Assembly: GCA_023622945.1 (NCBI GenBank)
Contig: JAMNYG010000144.1
Coordinates: 8,520 to 72,519, forward strand
DNA: 64,000 nt
Direction of reading: 5' to 3'
Source of the DNA: Bacillota bacterium
GTDB lineage: Bacteria > Bacillota > Clostridia > Acetivibrionales > JAMNYG01
Shown here: positions 51,835-61,826 of the stretch, piece after piece
How positions within the stretch are numbered: position 1 is the first letter of the stretch
Layout of the letters: each line of letters begins with the position of its first letter
The notes under the pieces: generated by a model
Database searches by the model: none
What the model was told of the DNA's origin: nothing
The model's input: only the letters and a program-made list of their open reading frames with translations
Program-made: the position numbers and the translations under genes

Positions 51835-52644
51835 TTGGAAAAGGAAAGGCTTGACGTCCTCCTGGTGAAAAAAGGTTTGTTTGAAAGCAGGGAAAAAGCA
51901 AGAAGCGCAATAATGGCCGGAATTGTGATTGTAAACGGTAATAAGGAGGACAAACCGGGTACCAGAATACCCGTTGAGTCGGAAATAGAATTGAAGGACA
52001 ACCCCAACCCTTATGTAAGCAGAGGAGGATTAAAGCTTGAAAAGGCGATAAGCTATTTTGGCATTGACCTTAATGGCAAAACGGCAATAGATGTGGGTGC
52101 TTCCACCGGCGGTTTTACCGATTGCATGCTGAAGAACGGAGCTGTAAAAGTTTACGCCATAGATGTTGGGTACGGGCAGCTTGCATGGCAATTGAGGCAG
52201 GATGAGAGGGTTGTCTGCATGGAAAGGACCAACATAAGGTATGTAAAGCCGGAAGATTTGGGAGAAAGGGCTGATTTTGCATCCATAGATGTGTCCTTCA
52301 TTTCCCTGAAAAAAGTCCTCCCGGTGGTTAAAGATCTGTTAAAGGAAACAGGAGAAATAGTCTGCCTCATTAAACCTCAGTTTGAAGCCGGAAGAGAAAA
52401 AGTGGGAAAGCACGGAGTGGTAAGAGATCCTGATGTTCATCTGGAAGTTGTAACAGACGTGGCATATTTCTCTGAGAATACAGGTCTTTATACAAAAGGC
52501 ATAACGTTTTCCCCCATTAAAGGACCTGAAGGCAATATAGAGTATCTGCTTTATCTTTCAAAGACTATACTTCCCACCGATAGGGCCAGCATAGAAGACC
52601 AAGCCCGGAATGTTGTCAGGCAGGCGCATGAGGAACTGAATTGA
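51835..52644 (+). CDS. tlyA: TlyA family rRNA 2'-O-methyltransferase
   Basis: S4 domain, YVSRGGLKL, DVGASTGGFTD, KPQFE. Confidence 0.95.
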   Translation: MEKERLDVLLVKKGLFESREKARSAIMAGIVIVNGNKEDKPGTRIPVESEIELKDNPNPYVSRGGLKLEKAISYFGIDLNGKTAIDVGASTGGFTDCMLKNGAVKVYAIDVGYGQLAWQLRQDERVVCMERTNIRYVKPEDLGERADFASIDVSFISLKKVLPVVKDLLKETGEIVCLIKPQFEAGREKVGKHGVVRDPDVHLEVVTDVAYFSENTGLYTKGITFSPIKGPEGNIEYLLYLSKTILPTDRASIEDQARNVVRQAHEELN

Positions 52645-52662
52645 CCTATTGTGCTATACTCA

Positions 52663-52925
52663 TAGGAAATGATATGCAGGAATAACAGTCGCTTCACCTA
52701 GAGGCTGGCTAAGGTACGGGGACACTTCTCTTGCTGCGGTGAAGTGCTTCGTAGTTTGAGAAGTGTCCCCATACCGCTGCAATGCTACCCGGCACATTCG
52801 CCATCCGTGGCTCATAGTGACCGGCTCGCACCATCCATAGTGCGAATTACGCATTTTCACTATGCCTCAATTCTAACAGCCTCTGAAGTTTGCTCCAATG
52901 CTATTCCATATCATATCATTTCCTA
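52663..52925. repeat. Full-length composite inverted-repeat element (MITE-like) with nested REP-like palindrome
   Basis: 14-bp terminal inverted repeats TAGGAAATGATATG / CATATCATTTCCTA; inner GGGGACACTTCTC...GAGAAGTGTCCCC at 52718-52770. Confidence 0.8.
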
Positions 52926-53053
52926 CATGATATCAAAATAGGCTAAATTTAAATTCAAATATTTGTGTATTTGTCATTTTTTATATATAATTATTTGTGT
53001 ATAATCATGCATCCGGCATGAATATTAAAACAGATCCGCTGACGGGGGAAGCT

Positions 53054-53935
53054 ATGAAAAACATTGGAATAATAGTAAACAAAGATAAGGACAAGACGCT
53101 GGAATACACAACCACTCTGGTGAAAAGCATTTGCCGAAAAGGCGGAAACGCTTTGCTTAAACCTTCGGTGGCGGAAACTGTCGGTAACGGCGGTATGGGC
53201 GTGGAAGAAGATGAGATGCTTGATAAGGCAGACCTGATTATCTGCCTTGGCGGAGACGGCACATTCCTCAGAGTTGCCAGGAAGGTGTACAAAAAAGGGT
53301 TGCCCATACTTGGAATCAATCTTGGGAATCTTGGATTTCTGACCGAAGTGGATAAAAAAGATATATCAAAGGCCGTGGACTGTATACTTGAAGGGCGTTA
53401 CAGGATAGAAGAACGCATGATGCTGGAGGCTTCCATAATAAAAAAAGGCGAGCCTGTGGAAAAAGATGTCGCGTTAAATGACGTGGTTGTTTCCAGGGGG
53501 GCTTTCCCCCGGGTATTAAACCTGAAAGCATACATAAACAACCAGTTCCTTGATTGCTTCCCAAGTGACGGGATTATAATATCAACCCCTACAGGTTCCA
53601 CCGCTTACTCACTGTCAGCCGGTGGTCCCATAATTGACCCGGATACTGAGCTGATTCTGTTGACACCTATTTGTCCTCATATACTTTATTCAAGGTCATT
53701 TGTCACCAAAAGCGAAAGCATAATAAAAATAGAACTTGATGAGAGCTCCGGATACAATGCCATGGTAACCGTTGACGGCCAAATAGGCTTTGAAATAGCC
53801 GGAGGTGACAGCATAGAAGTCAGAAAGTCATCTTATACCGTGAAATTTGTCAGCATAAGTTCGAGGAACTTCTTTGGTATCCTTAGAACAAAAATAAATG
53901 ACAGAGGTGAGAAGTTGCGGGAAAATGAAGTATAA
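53054..53935 (+). CDS. nadK: NAD kinase
   Basis: LGGDGTFL, GINLGNLGFL, LNDVVV, DGIIISTPTGSTAYSLSAGG. Confidence 0.96.
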   Translation: MKNIGIIVNKDKDKTLEYTTTLVKSICRKGGNALLKPSVAETVGNGGMGVEEDEMLDKADLIICLGGDGTFLRVARKVYKKGLPILGINLGNLGFLTEVDKKDISKAVDCILEGRYRIEERMMLEASIIKKGEPVEKDVALNDVVVSRGAFPRVLNLKAYINNQFLDCFPSDGIIISTPTGSTAYSLSAGGPIIDPDTELILLTPICPHILYSRSFVTKSESIIKIELDESSGYNAMVTVDGQIGFEIAGGDSIEVRKSSYTVKFVSISSRNFFGILRTKINDRGEKLRENEV

Positions 53936-54374
53936 CAGGCATGCCAAAATACTCGAAATAATCGAAAAAAATGTAATCGAGACCCAGGAAGAACTTGCTG
54001 AAAAGCTTAGGGAAGAAGGAATGGAAGTTACTCAGGCAACCATTTCAAGAGATATTAAGGAACTCAGGCTGATAAAAGTTATGTCTGAAGACGGTCGCTA
54101 CAGGTACGCTGCATTTGAACCAAATGCCAGCTCCATTTCCGGAAGGCTTCTGACGGTGTTTACCGAGTCCTTTGTATCCTGTGATTACGCCAATAACCTG
54201 GTTGTTGTAAAAACCCTTCCAGGCATGGCCCAGGCGGCAGCCGCAGCCATAGACTCCCTGAAATGGAGCGAGATTGTCGGAACCATTGCCGGAGATGATA
54301 CCATACTTATAATCTGCAGAGCAGAGAAGATAGCAGAAGAAATTGTCAAGAAGTTCAATCGCATGATTGGATAA
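53925..54374 (+). CDS. argR: Arginine repressor
   Basis: TQEEL, VTQATISRDIKEL, KTLPG.A, GTIAGDDT. Confidence 0.97.
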   Translation: MKYNRHAKILEIIEKNVIETQEELAEKLREEGMEVTQATISRDIKELRLIKVMSEDGRYRYAAFEPNASSISGRLLTVFTESFVSCDYANNLVVVKTLPGMAQAAAAAIDSLKWSEIVGTIAGDDTILIICRAEKIAEEIVKKFNRMIG

Positions 54375-54443
54375 GGTTACTTCAAAGCACAGGGTAATTC
54401 CTGAAGTAAGGGCATCTCTATCTGTAAAAGAGGAGGTCTGGCT

Positions 54444-56174
54444 ATGCTTCTACATTTGGATATACACAATGTTGCCCTGATTGACAGAGTTAACATAGAA
54501 CTGGGAGAAGGTCTGAACATATTGACCGGTGAAACGGGAGCCGGAAAGTCAATAATCATAGACTCCATTAATTCCGTGCTGGGAGGAAGGGTTTCAAAGG
54601 ACCTTATAAGGACGGGGAAGGACAGGGCACTTGTTGAGGCGGTTTTTAAACTGGAGGACGGCAGGCTGGACCATTTACTCAGGAGCTTTGGCATAGAACC
54701 TGAAGAAGACGGAACAATTCTGCTTTCCAGAGAAGTCACCACTTCTGGCAGAAGCACATGCAGGGTAAACGGCAAGCTGGTTACGGTATCAATGCTGAGG
54801 GAAATAGGTGAAAAACTTATTGATATCCACGGTCAGCATGACAACCAGTCGCTTTTGAAGACCGAAAACCACCTGGAACTTTTGGACTCCTTTGATGCTG
54901 ATAAAATCAGCAGACTTAAGGAAGAATATGGTAGTCTTCTAAACGAGTACAGGACCGTAAGAAACAAGTTAAGGGAACTTAGCGGAGATACAGGAGAAAG
55001 GGAAAGAAGGATGGATCTGCTGAGGTTCCAGGTTGAAGAAATAAAAAAATCAAACCTTAAGATCGGTGAGGAAGAAGAACTGAAAAAGCAAAGGCAGCTG
55101 CTTTCCAATGCCGGTAAAATTATAGATGTCCTTTCAAACGCATATGAAATGCTTTACGGCGAGGGGACCGAGAGCTTTTCGGTTACCGATGCCATAGGCT
55201 CAACTCTTTCTGCGCTGGGTACAATTTCAGGTCTTGATGAAGGTTACAGCCGGATATATGAAAAAATCGAAACACTTTCCTACCAACTGGAAGATGTGGT
55301 GGAAGAGATAAGAAAAGAAAGGGACAAGGTGGATTTTAGTCCGGAGCTTCTCGAACAGGTGGATGAAAGGCTGGACCTCATATTCAGGTTAAAGAGAAAA
55401 TATGGAAATTCCATAGAAGAAGTTATCAATTACTGCAAAAAATGTGAGGACGAGCTTAAGGAGCTTATGGACAGCACCGAAATCACCGAGAAGCTCCGAT
55501 CCAGGCTGGATGCCCTTGAAAAGGATCTGTATGAAGCTGCCTTAAAGCTTAACCAATCCAGAATCAATGCTTCAAAGGTGCTTGAAAGCCTCATCGGAAA
55601 GGAACTTGAAGAGCTGGAGATGAAAAACGCCCGGTTTAAGGTAAACATTGAGTTTAATGACGAAAAGGATGCCAGCGGGCAAAGAAAATATACAGCAAAT
55701 GGACTTGACAAGGTGGAATTTTTGTTTTCTGCAAATGCAGGCGAACCCTTAAAGCCTCTTTCAAAGATAGCTTCGGGAGGAGAAATGGCCAGGGTCATGC
55801 TGGCCATCAAAACCATACTTGCAGATGTTGACAGAATTCCTACCCTGATTTTTGACGAAATCGACTCGGGAATAAGCGGCAAAGCAGCAAATAAAGTAGG
55901 AGAAAAACTGTCATATATTTCAAGAAAACATCAGGTAATCTGTGTGACCCACCTTACACAGATTGCATGTATGGCCGACAATCATTTTCTCATAGAGAAA
56001 ACTTCCAGGCAGGGCAATACATACACCATGGTCAAAAGGATAACAGGAGTCCAGAGACGGGATGAGATTGCCAGACTCCTCGGAGGAATAAACATTTCGC
56101 CCATAACAATCCAGCACGCCGAAGAAATGCTGAAAAATGCTGAAAAATTCAAAAAACTCCAAATATCAGTGTAA
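54444..56174 (+). CDS. recN: DNA repair protein RecN
   Basis: TGETGAGKS, DIHGQH, KIASGGEMAR, FDEIDSG, VTHL. Confidence 0.97.
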   Translation: MLLHLDIHNVALIDRVNIELGEGLNILTGETGAGKSIIIDSINSVLGGRVSKDLIRTGKDRALVEAVFKLEDGRLDHLLRSFGIEPEEDGTILLSREVTTSGRSTCRVNGKLVTVSMLREIGEKLIDIHGQHDNQSLLKTENHLELLDSFDADKISRLKEEYGSLLNEYRTVRNKLRELSGDTGERERRMDLLRFQVEEIKKSNLKIGEEEELKKQRQLLSNAGKIIDVLSNAYEMLYGEGTESFSVTDAIGSTLSALGTISGLDEGYSRIYEKIETLSYQLEDVVEEIRKERDKVDFSPELLEQVDERLDLIFRLKRKYGNSIEEVINYCKKCEDELKELMDSTEITEKLRSRLDALEKDLYEAALKLNQSRINASKVLESLIGKELEELEMKNARFKVNIEFNDEKDASGQRKYTANGLDKVEFLFSANAGEPLKPLSKIASGGEMARVMLAIKTILADVDRIPTLIFDEIDSGISGKAANKVGEKLSYISRKHQVICVTHLTQIACMADNHFLIEKTSRQGNTYTMVKRITGVQRRDEIARLLGGINISPITIQHAEEMLKNAEKFKKLQISV

Positions 56175-56357
56175 TATCTCAATGTTATTCTTTCTTTTTT
56201 TAATATTGCCTCCCATGCTTTAAAATGTCTGAATAAATTGTTTTGTTAAAGGTTAACTTAATGCTAGAAATCAATCGTCACGCTTGTCAAATCAGATTGA
56301 AAAAGCGTGACTTTTATTATCTGGAGGAAGTAATTCAGACATCAGGAGCGTGGAGAG

Positions 56358-57677
56358 ATGGAATTGCTAAAATCCTACAGAAAATTAATGGCGTTTCTTG
56401 CAGTTTGCCTCACGGTGATGCTGGCGGCATATATCCAGACCGTATCAGTATTTCCGACGCGTCTCATCCTCTTCGAAGGACAGGAGTATAAATACAATTT
56501 CAGAAATTTATTTCCCATAAGCATAAATGCTGACAAAAGCGGCGTAATACAATTAAAGGGAAACAGTGAAGAAGATTTGAAAAGCATATTTTTATTGTCA
56601 AATCCGGTCTCCTTCATAACTCGGGAAAAAGGAACCGTCAACCTGAGCATGAAGATGTTCGGTTTTATACCTGTAAAAAACATGCGTGTGCATGTAGTTC
56701 CCAGCATGAAACTGGCGGCTTGCGGGAACACAATAGGCGTAAAATTAAGGATGGATGGAATACTGGTCATAGGAGTGTCTGACGTGGTTACTTCTGAAGG
56801 TGTGAGAGTGCTTCCTGCACGTGACGGGGGAATTAAAACGGGAGACATAATCGTTGAGGCAAACGGCAGGAAACTTGACAGCATAGAGAGTTTGGTGGAT
56901 GTCATTGATAACAGCAAAGGAGAAAATATAAATATTAAGTATAAAAGGGCAAATTATTACGGGAATGCGATAGTTAAACCCGTGATGTCTGCAGATGACA
57001 AGAAGTATCATATCGGCCTGTGGGTACGGGACAGTACGGCAGGTATAGGCACATTGACCTTCTATGACCCCGATACGAGATATTTCGGAGCATTGGGTCA
57101 CGGGATAACCGATATTGATACGGGAATGCTGATGTCGGTAGGCTCGGGAGAAATCCTTGAATCCAATATATTATCCGTGAAAAAAGGACAGCAGGGTGAG
57201 CCCGGAGAGTTAAAAGGGGTGTTTCTGGAGAACGGTAATCAGCTGGGGATTATAACCATGAACTCGGAAAACGGTATATTCGGGATTTTGAACAAGGACG
57301 TGGCGGGCAGGCTGTCAAACAGAACTTATCCGGTAGGACTGAGGAATCACGTTAAGCTGGGACGTGCAAAGATACTTGCCAATGTTGAAGGTAAAAACGT
57401 GGAAGAATACGATATAGAAATACAGAAAATATCAAGGCAAAGTACCTCAGGATCCAAAGGAATGGTTATAAAGATCGTTGACAAGCGGCTTTTGGAAAGG
57501 ACAGGAGGCATAGTGCAGGGAATGTCAGGAAGTCCCATCATCCAGGACGGACATATTGTCGGAGCTGTAACACATGTCCTGGTGAATGATCCTACAAGAG
57601 GATACGGGATTTTTATTGAGAGCATGCTGGCCAACATGAGGGATGCAGTGGAACATAGCCTCAAAAAAGCCGGATGA
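56358..57677 (+). CDS. spoIVB: SpoIVB peptidase
   Basis: PDZ domain, GLWVRDSTAGIGTLTF, ALGHGI, GGIVQGMSGSP. Confidence 0.96.
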   Translation: MELLKSYRKLMAFLAVCLTVMLAAYIQTVSVFPTRLILFEGQEYKYNFRNLFPISINADKSGVIQLKGNSEEDLKSIFLLSNPVSFITREKGTVNLSMKMFGFIPVKNMRVHVVPSMKLAACGNTIGVKLRMDGILVIGVSDVVTSEGVRVLPARDGGIKTGDIIVEANGRKLDSIESLVDVIDNSKGENINIKYKRANYYGNAIVKPVMSADDKKYHIGLWVRDSTAGIGTLTFYDPDTRYFGALGHGITDIDTGMLMSVGSGEILESNILSVKKGQQGEPGELKGVFLENGNQLGIITMNSENGIFGILNKDVAGRLSNRTYPVGLRNHVKLGRAKILANVEGKNVEEYDIEIQKISRQSTSGSKGMVIKIVDKRLLERTGGIVQGMSGSPIIQDGHIVGAVTHVLVNDPTRGYGIFIESMLANMRDAVEHSLKKAG

Positions 57678-57914
57678 TACGATTTACAAAATGATTGTTG
57701 TCAGATGGTTCCGATTGCAAAATGATGATTAGTAATGAGTTAATAGAATAACAAATGAATTAGTATATATAAGACTTATAAAATGACTACTTATATATAT
57801 AAATGGTAAATTTTCAGGAAATTATTTGAATTTTATTGCCATATGCTTTTTACACCGAAATGATTGCTAATTTAAATATTATTTACTAAAAATAGTAAAT
57901 TGTTCTTGAATTTT

Positions 57915-57921
57915 TGTCGAA
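57915..57921 (+). promoter_or_regulatory. Spo0A box upstream of spo0A
   Basis: TGTCGAA about 60 bp upstream of the start; fits known autoregulation, but a 7-mer alone is weak. Confidence 0.55.
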
Positions 57922-57983
57922 AGGAAAATATAATAAATATTGTTAGATTATATCTAAAAGCATTTTTTAAGGGGGAGTTGCTT

Positions 57984-58793
57984 TTGATATCATCAAAGAA
58001 GATTACGGTACTCATTGCAGACGACAACCGGGAATTCGGAGATATACTGCATGAATTTCTGAGCAACCAGAGCGATATTGAGGTTGTCGGAGTTGCAAGG
58101 GATGGAACGGAAGCGCTGGATCTCATTACAGAAAAAACACCGGATATTGCCATTCTTGACATAATAATGCCTCATTTGGATGGGCTGGGAGTACTGGAGA
58201 AGATAAATGAAATGCAACTGCAGAAGCGCCCTTTATTTATTATCCTGTCAGCAGTTGGCCAGGATAAAATAACCCAGAGAGCTTTAGCCCTTGGTGCTGA
58301 ATATTATGTGGTAAAGCCTTTCGACATGGAAGTTCTTGTGTCAAGGATCAGGCAGCTTAAAGATGCAGGTCCGTCAAGTCCCGTGGTGAAGTCGGAGAGC
58401 ATGAGCGATGTAAAAACAGTATACCGGACCTCCACACCGAAAAACCTTGAAGCTGAAGTTACTGGAATAATGCACGAAATTGGAGTTCCAGCCCATATTA
58501 AAGGTTACCAATACCTCAGAGATGCGATAATGATGGTCGTTAAGGACCTTGACATAATAAACTCAATTACCAAGCAGCTCTATCCTTCAATAGCCAGAGA
58601 ATACAATACCACACCAAGCAGAGTAGAAAGAGCCATACGTCATGCCATTGAGGTGGCATGGAGCAGGGGTAAGGTAGACGCAATAGATCAACTGTTCGGA
58701 TATACTGTGAGCCTTGGAAAGGGCAAACCTACCAATTCTGAATTTATAGCCATGGTGGCGGATAAACTCAGGCTTGAACTGAAAGTGGGCTGA
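57984..58793 (+). CDS. spo0A: Sporulation master regulator Spo0A
   Basis: [10 protein letters not shown] receiver domain; [37 protein letters not shown]. Confidence 0.98.
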   Translation: MISSKKITVLIADDNREFGDILHEFLSNQSDIEVVGVARDGTEALDLITEKTPDIAILDIIMPHLDGLGVLEKINEMQLQKRPLFIILSAVGQDKITQRALALGAEYYVVKPFDMEVLVSRIRQLKDAGPSSPVVKSESMSDVKTVYRTSTPKNLEAEVTGIMHEIGVPAHIKGYQYLRDAIMMVVKDLDIINSITKQLYPSIAREYNTTPSRVERAIRHAIEVAWSRGKVDAIDQLFGYTVSLGKGKPTNSEFIAMVADKLRLELKVG

Positions 58794-58863
58794 CATGCTG
58801 ATGTAAGCATGTAATGACATGTTGTGGTCACAATTACATTTTACAATTTTAATGTGATATGGC

Positions 58864-58894
58864 AAAAGGCGGATGTATATCTGCCTTTCTGTTT
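58864..58894 (+). terminator. Intrinsic terminator after spo0A
   Basis: AAAGGCGGAT-GTAT-ATCTGCCTTT followed by CTGTTT. Confidence 0.65.
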
Positions 58895-59096
58895 AATAAG
58901 GCTTTTTATAGTTTAGATCCGTACATATTGGGGTTTTTTAATCTATAAGGATTTTTTGATTTATTCTTTATGGGGATTTTATTTATCAGATTTTTAGTTT
59001 ATTATTTAATGGGGGTTTTAATTTGTCTTTGTGAGGGATCTTAATACGGGAGTCCCGGGTTTACGCAAAATAAATTATGGGAAAGGTGCGAAAGAA

Positions 59097-60830
59097 ATGG
59101 GAAAAGGGATTAAAATCTGGGCAGTCAACGATGGTGAAAAGATATACAAGACAGACCTTACCAATCCGAACAAGGATAAAAACAGCGTATGGGATGGGCA
59201 TAAGGTGGGTTTGGTAAGCGGAATGAACGAAACCATAGCTTTTCAGCTTATCGTTGAGAACGGTAATGAACTGGCAAACAACGTAAAGGTTGAAGTAAAG
59301 CCTTTTGTAAAATCTGACAGCCAGGGAAGGAAACAGTATCTTGAAGAAAAGACTGAGGTGTTTGTTGAGCACTATCTTTACATTCCGTACAACAGGATCA
59401 CACCTGTTGCCTGGTTTTTTGCAGAAGGGGCAAGACCCGTCAACAAGCACGGATGGGTGCCCGATGCGTTGATTCCCGTGGATTTGGTTAAGGATATCTC
59501 CATACTCCCCGGAGAAAACCAGGGTTTCTGGATTGATATCTATGTACCTCGCAGTGGAGTTTCGGCAGGTGACTATACAAGCGAGGTTGTTGTATCGGTA
59601 GCAGGAGAGATATGCGGAATAATACCCGTGGAATTAAAAGTCCTTGACATAGTCCTGACCGATGAGAACCCAAGTCCCAACATGGTGTTTGTAAGCAACC
59701 TTGATGAGTATTATCCCGGTTTTAATGGAGACGTACTTGACGAATTCAGGAAGATGGCGCATTCCCACAGATTTGAACTGGTGGGAGCACCGGAGCATAC
59801 AATGAAGTTTGACAGGGAAAAGCTGGACAGGTTCTATGAAAGATATCTCAGGGACGGAGATAATTTTTATACCTCCAGGAATGGTTATCAGGGCAGTGGC
59901 GAAGGTGTAGGCGACAGGCTCTTTCCAATAGGGATGTATGGAATGAATGTATTCGGAGAGTCCGATGAGGAATATGTTTCAGAAGCCAGGAAATGGAGCC
60001 GGTGGTTTGAGTCACTGGACTGGAAGGGAACTGCCTTCATATATCTCATAGATGAACCAAGAGAAAAGCACTACGATTTTATAAAGGATCGGGTAAGCCT
60101 TTTGCGCCGCAATAATATTAATCTGCCGATATTTATTACGACATCCTATAAGGAAGCCCTTGACGGGTATGTAGACATCTGGAGCGCAGGTCAGGGTACC
60201 GACCTTGTAAAGAAAGCTGAGAAGGAGAAGGAAGGACAGAAATTTACCTTCTATAACGGATATGCACCTAGAACTCCCATGGTGGTTCTTGAAGGTGATG
60301 CCGTGGATTTCAGGGTTAACCAGTGGATCAAGATGAAATACGATATGGCATTCTATTTCTACTGGCACGGCACCCACTGGAGGCATAACAGGCAAGGACC
60401 CAGGGGACATTCATATCAGAATGTATATGGATATCCCATAACTTTCGTGCTGGTGCAAAAGCAACAGGACGAATATGTTTTCGGTGACGCTGCCGGAAAA
60501 GTGTACTATGGCAACGGCGACGGAACTTTCTTCTATCCCGGCAGGGATCCTCATTATCCAGAACATGACCTTGGCTACAACGGCCCCATAAGCTCCATCA
60601 GGATGAAGAATATGAGACGCGGTGCTCAGGATATCGCTTATATAGATATGGCAAGGAAAGCCGGGTTTGAAAAGGAAATGGAAGATCTCATGAATGAAGC
60701 CGTGCCGAGGGCGTTTAATGAAGTGGAAAAACACGAAAAGCCCACATGGTCCCCCGAAGGAAATGTGTGGGACGGCTACAGGTTAAGAATATTGGAGCTT
60801 TTGTCCGGTATGAGGTTGAGGAAAAATTGA
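59097..60830 (+). CDS. DUF4091/GH123-like glycoside hydrolase candidate
   Basis: NETIAFQL, PDALIP, QGFWIDIYVP, YLIDEP, GDGTFFYPG, SSIRMKNMRRGAQD; no signal peptide. Confidence 0.65.
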   Translation: MGKGIKIWAVNDGEKIYKTDLTNPNKDKNSVWDGHKVGLVSGMNETIAFQLIVENGNELANNVKVEVKPFVKSDSQGRKQYLEEKTEVFVEHYLYIPYNRITPVAWFFAEGARPVNKHGWVPDALIPVDLVKDISILPGENQGFWIDIYVPRSGVSAGDYTSEVVVSVAGEICGIIPVELKVLDIVLTDENPSPNMVFVSNLDEYYPGFNGDVLDEFRKMAHSHRFELVGAPEHTMKFDREKLDRFYERYLRDGDNFYTSRNGYQGSGEGVGDRLFPIGMYGMNVFGESDEEYVSEARKWSRWFESLDWKGTAFIYLIDEPREKHYDFIKDRVSLLRRNNINLPIFITTSYKEALDGYVDIWSAGQGTDLVKKAEKEKEGQKFTFYNGYAPRTPMVVLEGDAVDFRVNQWIKMKYDMAFYFYWHGTHWRHNRQGPRGHSYQNVYGYPITFVLVQKQQDEYVFGDAAGKVYYGNGDGTFFYPGRDPHYPEHDLGYNGPISSIRMKNMRRGAQDIAYIDMARKAGFEKEMEDLMNEAVPRAFNEVEKHEKPTWSPEGNVWDGYRLRILELLSGMRLRKN

Positions 60831-60905
60831 AACTTGGGTATAAGGTCGAGTAGAATTAAAACTCAGGTATAAGGTGAGAAAAAATTAAACCTGGGTATAA
60901 GTTCA
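60807..60905. repeat. Three to four degenerate 28-30 bp tandem repeats spanning the stop codon
   Basis: GGTAT(G/A)AGGT...AATT(G/A)AA units at 60807, 60837, 60866 and 60894. Confidence 0.75.
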
Positions 60906-61048
60906 TGAAAACCCAAAAAGGAAATATAAAAACAAAAATGGTAAAACGAAAATTTGAAAGAGCCGAATAAAGCGGCATTATTAAAAAAGACTGAATATGG
61001 CTTTACTGACTGAATTTGCAGAATAAATACGGTTTTGCGTTTTAGCGA

Positions 61049-61090
61049 CAATCCGGACGCATGAATGTTCATGTTGTCCGGATTGCTTTT
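61049..61090. terminator. Hairpin between convergent genes
   Basis: CAATCCGGAC...GTCCGGATTG followed by CTTTT. Confidence 0.6.
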
Positions 61091-61132
61091 GATGGGCAAA
61101 TCACTTAAAAACCTTATGTAAATCACTTTAAA

Positions 61133-61705
61133 TCATTTAAAAACCTTATGTATGAAACGCTTTAAAGGACCTTGTCTGGTTCTTTCCCTCCACTGGCCGA
61201 TGGACCTGTCAACCTGTTCGAAATGTTTTTCAAGCTTTGATTCCAGTTTTCTTATGTTGTTTTCCACGCATGCCCCCAATTCCAGCTTGGTTTTATAAAT
61301 TTCCTTTGACAGATGTTCCTTTACAGAATTAACCTCAGATGATACGCATGCCGTCAGCTGTCCTGTAATGCTTTCAAGAAACTCCTTTAATTCGGCAGCC
61401 TGATTCCTTTCACTGACTGGTGTTATGGCTGTTGTGTCCGATTCTATTACCACCGGAGGCGGTTCGCTGATTATGTTTTCAGCCTGAAGAATCTTCTTTA
61501 TGGCTTTAATTTCCAGCCCTTCATCCCTCATGTTCTTTATCTGATACATTAAATTTGCAAGTTCCGGGGTATAATAACGCCTTCCCCTGCTGTCCTTGGG
61601 AACGTTTATATTAAACTCCTTTTCGTAATATCTGAGAGCATGATCGGTTATATTTAAACGTTGGCTGAGTTCGGTTATGGTGTATCTGTCTTTCAGCACT
61701 TCCAT
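61133..61705 (-). CDS. MerR-type HTH protein with coiled-coil C-terminus
   Basis: YTITELSQRLNITDHALRYYEKEF...RGRRYY; AGGAGG RBS. Confidence 0.8.
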   Translation of the reverse strand: MEVLKDRYTITELSQRLNITDHALRYYEKEFNINVPKDSRGRRYYTPELANLMYQIKNMRDEGLEIKAIKKILQAENIISEPPPVVIESDTTAITPVSERNQAAELKEFLESITGQLTACVSSEVNSVKEHLSKEIYKTKLELGACVENNIRKLESKLEKHFEQVDRSIGQWRERTRQGPLKRFIHKVFK

Positions 61706-61826
61706 TGAACTGCCCCTCCTTCTTTTCCTGAGAAATTGAAGGCAACCCACCCCAAATAAAGAAACATCGCCGCTTGCAGATGACTATATAATAACATTAA
61801 TGGGAATATATGTAAACAAAATGGGG

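Noticed and set aside
52660..52941. Short ORFs across the tlyA-nadK spacer
   Set aside because: By-products of the palindromic element; no transposase-like residues
57740..57810. AT-rich imperfect palindrome between spoIVB and spo0A as an sRNA
   Set aside because: Low complexity; cannot be distinguished from chance
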